From: an uncultured Chloroflexia bacterium
Lineage (GTDB): Bacteria > Chloroflexota > Anaerolineae > JAAEKA01
Assembly (NCBI GenBank): GCA_963707275.1
Contig: CAVPPH010000009.1
Location: forward strand, 31,432 to 95,431
Reading direction: 5' to 3'
Length of the DNA: 64,000 bases
Shown here: positions 42,236 to 51,907 of the stretch, one piece after another
Layout of the letters: each line of letters begins with the position of its first letter
Numbering within the stretch: the stretch's first letter is position 1
The notes under the pieces: generated by a model
Databases searched by the model: none
What the model saw: the letters and a program-made list of their open reading frames with translations, nothing else
Told to the model about the DNA's origin: nothing
Program-made: the position numbers and the translations under genes

Positions 42236-43719
42236 TTATTTCGCGCCAGTGCGCTTGGCCGCTGGCCTGCGGTCGTATGCATACGTGCCCCTGCGCAGCC
42301 GCGTCCTGTCGTCGTACAGCGGGAACGTATAGGCTGAGCCGGGCTGGAAGGGGCGCGCCAGCACATAGCCGATCGCGGCCGCCAGGAACAGCGGCAAGAG
42401 AATACGATAATCGTTGACCATTTCGTAGATCATCATAGCGCCGAACAGCGGGGCGTGGAACGTGCCGGCCAGCATGGCCGCCGTACATATCATGGCAAAG
42501 GTGGTCGGCGACAGTCCCAGATCAGGGAACACCATGATTACGAGTTGGCCGTAGACCGCGCCCAGAGTCGAGCCGATCAGCAGCGCTGGCCCGATGGTGC
42601 CGCCTACGAAACCGGCTCCGAGGCTCTGTGGCGTCAGCACGATGGTTATGTTATCATGCCCAGTGCCGCCAGCAACCCGACCGGGAAGCGCGCACCGGCG
42701 AAAATCACCTGCATCTGGGTCAGCCCCGTGCCGGTGACTCCTGGCAGCCAGATCGCGACGACGCCGATTATCAGCCCCATGCAGGCTGTCTTGGCCCAGA
42801 ACGGCAACGGTACACGTTCCCAGAGGACCACGGATTTTGGCAACAGGTTGACGTAGGCGATCGCTGCCAGCGCGGCCACCACAGCGACGGTCGCATAGAG
42901 CAGCAGGGTGGCGTCGGGACGCAGGTCGCCGAGGGGGACGTTGTATTGCGGCGGAGCGCCGCCCAGGAACTGGATGGTCAGTGATGACGTTGCCACCGCG
43001 ATCAAGGTTGGCACGATGAAGACCGCGCCGCCGAAACCGCCCAGCACCACTTCCAGCGCAAAGAACACAGCCGCGAGCTGGGCAAAGTAGGTAGTTGCGA
43101 TGCCGGCGCCAACGCCGGCGACCACCAGTGAACGGACGATCAATCCCGGTTGGTTGAAGCGACTGCCGAGCCAGGATGCCAGGTGGGCGCCGATCATGGC
43201 GGTTGGCGCATCGGCGCCCACCGGCACGCCGATGCCGATGCTCAAGGCTGCGGCGGCCACAAACGCCAATCCGGTGTGTTTCTCAAGCTGGCCGTCGTAT
43301 TCGACTACGCCGTCGATGATGTGCGCGACACCTGGCACGCGGGTCGGTCGGTGGAAGAAGTGCATGATCAGTGCGACGAGGATGCCGCCCACTGCCAGCG
43401 TCAGCGGGATCATCCAGACGCCCGCGGGTTGCAGGCTTATGGTCACTGCCCTTACTGCGCTGATGGCCTGGTTGAACAGCCACACTGCCAAAGCTATCAC
43501 CGGGCCAAGCACCGCCGCTGTCAGGTATAGAAATAGGTGTTCCCGGCCTCGCAATTGAGTCTCGCCGCCTGATCCGGCAGCCTCGTTCGTCTGTTCCACC
43601 TGGTCCGTTTTGCTGGTCAAGTCGGTTTGATTCAAGGGACGGCTCATGACTTTGGCGATAGACGCCACGGCAATTCCTGTGACTCCGGCCATTCTAACAC
43701 TGGTATCTATGGTTGCCAA
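42236..43719 (-). CDS. ClC-family chloride channel protein; frameshift near 42645
   Basis: Multi-TM; GADAP (GREGP position), AGIATTYFAQLAAVFFALE, GGTIGPALLIG, AGTFHAPL..MMIYEM. Confidence 0.85.
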
Positions 43720-43820
43720 ACGGATTGCCGCAACTGTCTCAGCGGAGAAACAAACCGGCGCTCCTCATGGTACGAAGACCTTGAGAAGCGCCGGTGGACG
43801 GTTAAGCGGCTGGTGCGATG

Positions 43821-44693
43821 CTACTGCACAACCGGCGACCCGGCCGGGCAGGCGCCGTAGTAGAACCAGCCCGCGGCTGTCTTGGAGCAGGTCGCCTGCA
43901 CCGGCTCCTGGTTACAGGCAAGCTGCATACACTGTAGCTGGCCCGGCGTGCAGGCGCCCCACACCGCGATCTGCGGTTCAGACTGGATCGAACCGGTATT
44001 GGGCGCGTTCCACTGCCCGTCAGAGACGTAGCAGTTGGCCTGTTGCAGGTCTTGCTCGATACAGGGCGTGTAGTCGCCGTATTCGGTGGTCAGGCTGGTG
44101 ACCGAAGTCGGGCAGGCGCACTCCCACCAGGGATCGCAGGCCGGGGTCGGCGTCGGTCCCGGCGTCGAAGCAATCGGCGTGCCGGCCGGCATTGGCGTTG
44201 GCAGTGGCGTGTAGACATAGCCGCCGCCCGGCTGGGCGTAGGCCCAGTTGAGATAGACGTAAGCAGTGCCCGTGTACTGGCGGTACTGGACCACCAGGTT
44301 GTGGGTGCCCTGCGCAATGTTGACCGAGACCTTTGCCGTCTTGCCTGACTGGCCTGCACCCATGGTGTTGAGGTAGGTGATGCCGTCGATCTGCAGGGAG
44401 ATCTCGTCGTCGGCCAGCGCCTGGAAGACGTAGGTGCCGGTGTAGTAGAAGTTGACTGAGCTGCTCATGGTCGCGGTCCAGTTGGTGGACGGCATGCCGG
44501 GTCCGGGCGGAACCGTGCCCCAGTTGAAGTCGATGTACGGGTTGACCATCCCCAGCGCCGGTGTGCCGGACCAACTGGTGTTGGCATAATACGAAACGTT
44601 CCAGGTGTTGCCGTTCTGCGCCATCAGCGGCTGGCCGGTCACGACCAGAAGAGCGATGACAACGACCGCCAAAATCAGAGTCTTGTGTTTCAT
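43821..44693 (-). CDS. secreted PA14-domain protein with Cys-rich C-terminus
   Basis: Signal peptide, YYANTSWSGTP...IDFNWG...FQALADD...VQYRQYTG; PT linker; about 8 Cys at the C-terminus. Confidence 0.8.
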   Translation of the reverse strand: MKHKTLILAVVVIALLVVTGQPLMAQNGNTWNVSYYANTSWSGTPALGMVNPYIDFNWGTVPPGPGMPSTNWTATMSSSVNFYYTGTYVFQALADDEISLQIDGITYLNTMGAGQSGKTAKVSVNIAQGTHNLVVQYRQYTGTAYVYLNWAYAQPGGGYVYTPLPTPMPAGTPIASTPGPTPTPACDPWWECACPTSVTSLTTEYGDYTPCIEQDLQQANCYVSDGQWNAPNTGSIQSEPQIAVWGACTPGQLQCMQLACNQEPVQATCSKTAAGWFYYGACPAGSPVVQ

Positions 44694-44715
44694 CGTTGGT
44701 GTCTCCTTGTCGTAA

Positions 44716-45804
44716 CTAGGGCTGCAGCGATTCAGGCTGGGCATCGGCGGCTTCGGTGATGGTCAGGGTGCTGGCGACGTCCTTGTCCGGGTTCAACCTG
44801 CCGACCCAAACCAGATAGCGACCCTCAGCCGGTTGCTCGATGGTGACCAGCGGGTTGAGGTTGTCTGCATTGCCGGAGTCGTCGCTGCAGAGGACGCTCT
44901 TGTCGGGCGTGACCACCAACAGCGTCGTGTCCGCTGCTGCCTCCACATACAGGTTGAGCGCGTCGGTCTCGCCTGTCCAGTCGAAGACGTAGTCAGGAAC
45001 CAGCGACACCAGGCCGTTGCACAGCGTGTCGCCAGTTTGCAGCTCCGGCGCCGGCAGGTTGCCGTCCGCGGTGATCTCTGCGGTAACATCGTCGCCGCCT
45101 GCCTCCAGCGCATCTGGTGATTTCACGGCTGCCAGGGCATCCATGAGTCGCTGGGAGGCGTTAATCACCCGCTCGCGCATCAGCGGCACTTCCGGCACGG
45201 CCGGGCGTTGTACCAGATTGGCCAGCGCCAGCGTGCCCGCGTTCACGTTCTCGTGGCTGGTGAAGACCAGGAAGCCGGCCGCCAGCCCCTTCTCCTCGCT
45301 TTTGCCAACCCAGACACTGTAGGGGCCCTGGACAGGCTCTGTGATTGCGATAGTCGGGTCCAGGAGCAACTTGCTGGTGTTGTCGTTGCAGAGGTAGTCG
45401 CCGTCTGGCGTCTGCACGACCAGCGTTGTGTCGCTGTCGCTGTAGAAGAAGACCTTCAGCAGGTCAGCCTCGCCCTGATAGTCGGCGGTTACCACTGGCG
45501 CCTCGGAGACGTAGCCCAGGCAACCCTCAGAAACGGTGCTGGCAGTGACGGGGCCGCCGGCCTGCACGCTGACCAGGAATGGGTCCAGCGGGAAGCCAGC
45601 TTCAGGGTTGATAGTGATGAAGGCGCTGCCAACCGCGTTGTCCGGGGACGCATCCGCGGAGTCAGTCGCAGCGGGTGTCGCCTGGGCGTTTTGCCGGGCG
45701 GCGATCTGGCTGGCCGTCGTGACGGTGACGGCCGACAGAATCAGCAGCGCCGCCAGCGCCAGCGCTAGCAGAAGCGCACGGCGGGTGGAGTTTGGTTGTT
45801 TCAT
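44716..45804 (-). CDS. secreted protein with two tandem copies of a PPC-like beta domain
   Basis: Signal peptide; DTTLVVQTPDGDYLCNDN...YSVWVG and DTTLLVVTPDKSVLCSDD...YLVWVG. Confidence 0.75.
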   Translation of the reverse strand: MKQPNSTRRALLLALALAALLILSAVTVTTASQIAARQNAQATPAATDSADASPDNAVGSAFITINPEAGFPLDPFLVSVQAGGPVTASTVSEGCLGYVSEAPVVTADYQGEADLLKVFFYSDSDTTLVVQTPDGDYLCNDNTSKLLLDPTIAITEPVQGPYSVWVGKSEEKGLAAGFLVFTSHENVNAGTLALANLVQRPAVPEVPLMRERVINASQRLMDALAAVKSPDALEAGGDDVTAEITADGNLPAPELQTGDTLCNGLVSLVPDYVFDWTGETDALNLYVEAAADTTLLVVTPDKSVLCSDDSGNADNLNPLVTIEQPAEGRYLVWVGRLNPDKDVASTLTITEAADAQPESLQP

Positions 45805-45954
45805 AGTCGTCGATCCTTTCTGACTGCAAGGCCGGTGGGTGTAGGTCCGGCTTCATATAACTTGAATTGTAAAGAGATCGGGCTACTGGCCTGATCAGCG
45901 AATGGCATTTCGAACAACGGATTACAGTTCAGGATAAGTTCTGCCGGCGACTGG

Positions 45955-46572
45955 CTACAGGCTGGGAAGCTGCTCGACTTCGTGCTTCGCCAGCTTCAGA
46001 TACACAGCTACCTCGCCGATGCGATCGACATGCTCGACCGGCACAGCGATTTCCTTCTTGCCGAACAGATGCCCTTCCTTCAGCACGACGTGGGTGATCT
46101 GCCCTGAGTTTGGCGTGATGACTAGCTCGTCGAGCTGGCCTACCTGGTGGTCAGTCGCATAGACGGGGATGCCGTGCCGCGTCGCCAGCTCGTTGTCAGA
46201 GATCGCTTCCACGTCGACATAGGCCGGACCGCCGCTGGTCATGCCGAAGTCGGTGGCCGACAGCCCGCTCTGGAATTCAGCATATGCCAGCCCTTGGGCG
46301 TTAGGCAGCCCGCCGCCCTGATCCTCGACAAGCTGTGTCTCCAGAAACGGCGCAAGATGGGCCAGGTCGTCCTTGGCACATTTCAGCGAGATCCCGTGAG
46401 CAGTGCCGTCGGCGATCAAACCCAGCGGCGCCAGGTACTCCCGGTGGCCGTGGCCCTTGATGTCGATCACGAGGTGAGACAGGGTCAACCGCACCGGGTC
46501 AAGGACCGCTGCCACGGCCTGCCCGCCTGCGCCATCGGTGCACTGCACGTCTCCGTTCAGGGGAATGTTCAT
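45955..46572 (-). CDS. PRC-barrel domain protein
   Basis: V.CTDG..G....VLDP...LSHLV and VYATDHQVGQLDELV...THVVLKEGHLFGKKEIAVP. Confidence 0.8.
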   Translation of the reverse strand: MNIPLNGDVQCTDGAGGQAVAAVLDPVRLTLSHLVIDIKGHGHREYLAPLGLIADGTAHGISLKCAKDDLAHLAPFLETQLVEDQGGGLPNAQGLAYAEFQSGLSATDFGMTSGGPAYVDVEAISDNELATRHGIPVYATDHQVGQLDELVITPNSGQITHVVLKEGHLFGKKEIAVPVEHVDRIGEVAVYLKLAKHEVEQLPSL

Positions 46573-46686
46573 AGGTCGATGCTCCTTGAAGTGTTACACT
46601 TGTTTCAAACTTTGGAAGTCTCGTGACACCTGTTCAGCTCCCGAAAGTATTCTCGATGATGGGCTGACCAGTGGAATCCTTGATCT

Positions 46687-47373
46687 TCAGCTTGCTGCCT
46701 CTGATGTAGCGTCCTTGCTCTCAGGTCGCGTGCGGTTGGCCAGCAGGATGTGAGTGCTGATCAACAGCACCCAGAGCGGGAACACCAGCGGTGACCAGTA
46801 AAACAATCCGAGGCTGAACAGCAGAAACACCGCCAGCACCAGGCCGAGAATCGACATCCAGCGCGGCAGGATACCTGTCCGGAGGGCGAGTGTAGAAGTT
46901 GAGACCATGAAGACCCCTGCCATCTTCATGGCGTAGACATTCATGATTTCATATGTGACGGTGCGTCCGAAAGTGAACAGGCCGTTCGCCAGCAGCAAGT
47001 TTGGTGCGGATCCGTACATCTGTATGATGCCGCCGGCAACTGCCGCAGAGGCGAACAGCATGGCAAGGAACAGCAGGCCGCTGCCGAGAAAAACTGTCGC
47101 AAAGAAGCGATCCTCGCGATCGCCGATGCGATCACGTATCACGCCGATGAACCAGAGAAACGCAATGCCAGAAAACGGCAGCAGTTGAAGCGCCAATTCG
47201 ACCCGCTTCCAACCAGTGGCAAGCCAATCTCCGCTGGCTGTCGGGTCTTCCGGAACGGTGATTCGGATCAGCACAAGCACCGTAATGAGCAGCAGCGAGA
47301 ACACGATGCCGGCAACGGCTGCCGAGCGCGGCGTGGTGATGGCGGATTTAGCCCGAGACATTTCCTGGTTCAT
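46687..47373 (-). CDS. conserved hypothetical membrane protein
   Basis: TTPRSAAVAGI, PFSGIAFLWFIGV.R.RIGDREDRFFATVFLGSGLLF; about 5 TM. Confidence 0.75.
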   Translation of the reverse strand: MNQEMSRAKSAITTPRSAAVAGIVFSLLLITVLVLIRITVPEDPTASGDWLATGWKRVELALQLLPFSGIAFLWFIGVIRDRIGDREDRFFATVFLGSGLLFLAMLFASAAVAGGIIQMYGSAPNLLLANGLFTFGRTVTYEIMNVYAMKMAGVFMVSTSTLALRTGILPRWMSILGLVLAVFLLFSLGLFYWSPLVFPLWVLLISTHILLANRTRPESKDATSEAAS

Positions 47374-47374
47374 G

Positions 47375-48061
47375 TTAACTGGCTCCTGCAAGCATGTTGA
47401 TCGCGCTGCCTGCGATTCCAGTTAACGTAACGAGCGAAACTGTCGATTGCAGCATCATCGCGATTTTTGCACGGCGTGTCAGAGGCAGTGTGTCTGTCGG
47501 GCTAAAGGCAAAGCTTGTCGTGAAGGCCAGGAAAAGGTAATCTGAATAGCTGGGCAGCCATGTTTCATAGTAAGGCAATTCGCCTGCTCGCTGGGGGAAA
47601 AGGAAATCCCAGGCTGCGTTCTCGCGCGGATTCTCTTCCACGCCGGGCGGGTCGATGATCCAGTACCAGATCGAGAAGATCAGGATGTTCGAGATCGCCA
47701 TCAAGACCACGTCCAGCAGCAACACCCTGACTACCTGCGGCGTCAGGCCGAACAGCACGGTGATCAACGCGGCCAGGTTCATGAACAAGCCAAGGGTCAG
47801 CAAACCGTTGACGACTACAATGACCTTGAAAAGCGCGTGCTTGCGGTTCAGTAGCCACAGCGTCACAATCAACAGGGCCAGCAGCGCCCGCAGTATCAGT
47901 CCGCCTTCAGGCAGGCCGGTCGAGTCCAGTCCCTCGACAAAACTGGCCAGCGCGCCGTACGTCGTGCTGTAGGAAATCGTGCTTTGCACCAGCAGGATGC
48001 CAAGCATGACCAGCACGACCACGGAAAGGGACAGCGTACGTTTACGGAAGAACTGTTTCAT
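47375..48061 (-). CDS. DUF1345-like membrane protein
   Basis: DFLFPQ...W.PSYSDYLFLAFTTSFAFSPTDTLPLTRRAK..M.LQS. Confidence 0.72.
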   Translation of the reverse strand: MKQFFRKRTLSLSVVVLVMLGILLVQSTISYSTTYGALASFVEGLDSTGLPEGGLILRALLALLIVTLWLLNRKHALFKVIVVVNGLLTLGLFMNLAALITVLFGLTPQVVRVLLLDVVLMAISNILIFSIWYWIIDPPGVEENPRENAAWDFLFPQRAGELPYYETWLPSYSDYLFLAFTTSFAFSPTDTLPLTRRAKIAMMLQSTVSLVTLTGIAGSAINMLAGAS

Positions 48062-48094
48062 TCATCCCTGCCTGTTTTGAAAATAGCGCCTTAC

Positions 48095-48213
48095 CGTCAT
48101 TGCGAGCCGTCTGCGGCGAAGCAATCTCTCGGCCTTACCGGAGAGACTGCTCACCTGCACCTCGCCTGCGGCTCGCAAGCGCAGGTGTCGGCGGCCGCCA
48201 CCTCGCAGTGACA
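48095..48213. repeat. GTCATTGCGAG...CTCGCAGTGAC element with nested CACCTGC...GCAGGTG hairpin
   Basis: Reverse-orientation relative of 2846-3063; different inner insert at 48152-48187. Confidence 0.7.
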
Positions 48214-48428
48214 CCATGGCAGGTGAGCCGTCGGTGTTCCGCTCTTTTCACCCATCGGAGTGCCGGCCGGCTAGCTTGGCGGCTGGCTAGTATCAGGTGA
48301 TTTTGGATTAACTACTTGTCGGAACAAGGCTCTCTCCCTCACCCGCCGCTCGATTGTTGAGCGTTGTGACAGGTGAGGGAGAGTTAGCGATTTAAGTGAA
48401 CGGCGCAGCTGCCTTCAGTTGCTGTTGA

Positions 48429-51333
48429 TCAACCTGCGACACCGGCTGCCACGGCCTGGACGGCGCTGTGCTGGTGCAAGGCGGACTCCACTTCATGGTG
48501 CGACGGTTTGAGATCAAAGACGACCTTCTTCACTGTGCCGGTAAAGGCGTACGGCGCCTTGTCCTCGTAGTCGAGATCGACCACACCACCGTTGTCACGA
48601 CCGATGTCCATGCCGGCATAGGAGGTGAAGGCGACGGGCACCGTCTTGTCGAGACGGCCTTCGCCGATCTGCTTGTCGTTGGCCCAAAGCGTCACCTTGC
48701 CGCCTGACCCGGGCATGGGCACGTCCGCCTCGAACAACATCTTGACCGCGACATCGCCGGTCGGCAGTCGGCTCGCTGGAGACCTGGCGATAGATCTCGA
48801 CGCCCAGCAGCGAGTAGGTGTGGCGTAGCCGGCCCTCTGCGTCGACCCACAGCGAGTAGCCGCCGGTGAAGTCGGAGTTGGCCACGATGACGCCCTCGGC
48901 GCCGCCTTCCGGTACGTTGAGATCAGCTTCGATGGCGTACGACCGGCCCTGAACATGCGGGGTCATGCCACGCTGGATGTTCTGCACGTCGCCCATGAAA
49001 CTGAAGCGGGTCACCGTCGGCAGCGGCGGCAGGATGCCGTACATGACCGACACACCGGCCATCAGCGGCAGCACGCGGTTGCGCTCGGCCTCTTTCCACC
49101 ACAGCTCTTGCAGCTCCTGGACCTTGTCCGGGTGCTGGGCTGCGACGTTGTGCGCCTGGGAGAAGTCCTTGGTCAGGTCGTACAGTTCCCAGCCCACATC
49201 CCGGTCCGGGTCCCAGTCCGCTTCGGGGCCGAACTGGGCCAGCGTCTTGGGCGACAGGTCCCAGGGGATGCGGTCCGGGCGGGAAGCCGCCCACCAGCCG
49301 TCCTTGTACATGGCACGGCAGCCGAACATCTCGAAGTACTGCACCGTGTGACGTTCCGGCGCGGCCGCGTCGTCGAAAGAGAACAGGAAGCTGGTGCCAT
49401 CCATCGGCTCCTGTGCGATCCCGTCCACAGTCTTCGGTTCGGGGATGCCGGCCGCTTCCAGAATCGTCGGGCCGACGTCGATGACGTGTGTGAACTGGGC
49501 GCGCGGCGTTGTGTCCGGCTTGATGCGGCTGGGCCAGGCGATCGCCATCGGGTTGCGGGTGCCGCCCAGGTGGCTGGCGGTCTGCTTGCCCCACTGGAAG
49601 GGGGTGTTCATGGCGTGCGCCCAGGCTGCCGCGAAGTGCGGCGCGGTGTGTTCGCTGCCCAGGGCCTCGATGCCGCCATATTGCTCGATCAGCGCCAACT
49701 GCTGATCGGCGTCCAGCACGATGCCGTTGAGGAAGGTCATCTCGTTGAACGAGCCGGTCGTGGTGCCTTCCATGCTGGAGCCGTTGTCGCCCCAGATGTA
49801 GATGATCAGCGTGTTGTCCAGGTCGCCCAGACTCGTCGATGGAGTCGAGCAGGCGTCCGACGTTCCAGTCGGCGTTCTCGGAGTAACCGGCGAAGACCTC
49901 CATCTGGCGGGCGTAGAGCTTCTTCTGGGTGTCGGTGAGCGTGTCCCAGGCCGGGAAGAGGTCAGGCCGCGCGGTGAGTTCGGTATCCTGCGGGATGATC
50001 CCAAGCTTCTTCTGGCGTGCGATGATTTCTTCGCGCAGCTTGTCCCAGCCCTGGTCGAATTTGCCCTTGTACTTGTCGGCCCATTCTTTGGCGACGTGGT
50101 GCGGCGCGTGGCTGCAGCCGGTCGAGTAGAACATCATCCACGGCTTGGTCGGCATCCTGCGCTCGCACCCGTGCAGCCATTCGACGGCCTTGTCGGTGAT
50201 GTCGTCGGGGAAGTAGTAGTGCTCGCCGTCCTTGCCTTCAGGCACACCCAGCGCCCAGTCGTCCTGGGTGATGATCGGGTCGTACTGGCCGGCGGCGCCG
50301 CTCAGGAAGCCCCACCAGTGGTCGAAGCCCCACGACTTCGGCCAGTGGTCGAACGGGCCGGCCGCGCCCTGCACGTTGTCCGGGGTGAGGTGCCACTTGC
50401 CGAACCCGCCGGTGACGTAGCCGTTTTCCTTGAGGATGCGCGGAAACGGCGCGCAGACTCGGGGCATGGCGGCGGTGTAGCCGGGGAAGGGGCCGGGATA
50501 TTCGGCGATCGAGCCGAAGCCGACCCGGTGCTGGTTGCGCCCGGTCAGCAGCGCGGCGCGCGTCGGCGAGCAGACGGCCGTCACGTGAAAGCCGGTTGTA
50601 GGTCAGGCCCATCTCCTGCACGCGTGTGAAGGCTGGGCGTGTTGATCGGGCCGCCAAAGGAACTGGGACCGCCGAAGCCGGCGTCGTCGATCAGGACGAG
50701 GAGAACGTTAGGCGCGCCTTCCGGCGCCTTCGGCCCGGGGATCATCATCCAGTCGGCGACTGAGTCGCGCAGGGTGCGCCCGGCCACGCCGCCGAAGGTG
50801 CGGTCAGGGATCGGCAGCACGCGTGCGGTCCGGATTGAACTTGCCGGCCGCTTCGGCCAGCGCGCCTTTGAGGCCCTTCGTCGATGGTGGCGACCGACTT
50901 GGCCGGCGAGCCGGCCAGCGCCCGCTCGGCTGCCAGGCGATCCTCGTTCGCGCACGGTGGCCAGAATGGCGGCGGTGCCCGGCTTGAGCTTCTCGCCCAG
51001 CCCGCTCTCGATGCCGCTCTCCACCTTGTGCTTGGCGAACTTGCCGACCACGGCGCCGGCGGCAGCGCCGACGGCCACCGCGGCCAACATCGGCGGCGCG
51101 GCCAGACCGACGAGCACGCCGACGCCGCCGCCCCAGCCCGCGCCCTTGCGCCCGGCATGGTCGCCGGTCTCGTTGATGGTGACCTTGCCGTCCTTGTCCT
51201 TCTGGACGAGGATCATGCCGTCGGTCTTGATCTTCTTATCCTTGACCAGCTGCACCAGCGGGTCGAAGTCTCTGGTAGCCGGCTCGACGGACTGGTAGCC
51301 GGCGATGATGACGATATTTTGTTCCTTGCTCAC
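48429..51333 (-). CDS. arylsulfatase with N-terminal DUF1269-like domain; several frameshifts
   Basis: GAGWGGGVGVLVG glycine-zipper domain, then PNVLLVLIDDAGFG, CSPTRAALLTGRN, FGKWH, IWGDNGSS, HVIDVGPT, YFEMFG. Confidence 0.88.
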
Positions 51334-51365
51334 TATCGGGACTCTTGTGTGCGTGTACCGTTGGG

Positions 51366-51843
51366 TTATTGGGCCGGTGCGGCGCCGCCGTTTACAAACG
51401 ACATGCGCTGCTCGCCGCCGGCAGTTTCCAATGCGAGGCCACCGGAACCGTCGGGGCCGCCCGCGGCTACCGATCCAAGCAGCTGCAAATAGTCGTTATC
51501 CAGTGACGCTTCGCCGCAAAACGCCATGGTCGCCGCGCCGATTGCAATGGAGAAGCCGAATTCCTGGGAATAGGTGCCGGTGAATTCGTTGCAGTCGGCC
51601 TTGCCGCTCAGGGTGCCGTCGTCGCGGAAGACGATGGTGTAGTCCTGCGGGTTGGGGACGGCTGTAGTCTCGCTAGTTGGTCTTGTTGGAGACGTTGGTC
51701 CACTGCCAGACGATGTTGGTGATCGAGTTGGGATCTGTCGCGGCCGGCGGCACAGGCGTCGCCGGCGGGAAGCAGGCTGCACTGACAATGAGCACGAGGC
51801 TCAGCACTGTCAGCAGAAGGAAGGTGGAAGTTCGCTTGTTCAT
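51366..51843 (-). CDS. META-domain (HslJ-like) lipoprotein; frameshift near 51675
   Basis: Lipobox VSAAC; YTIVFRDDGTLSGKADCNEFTGTY...ATMAFC. Confidence 0.78.
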
Positions 51844-51907
51844 TGGTTACCTTTCGTTGGGTCAGGAGCGCCGGCCGGCGCAGACGGCCGGGCACTTCTT
51901 TCAAAGT

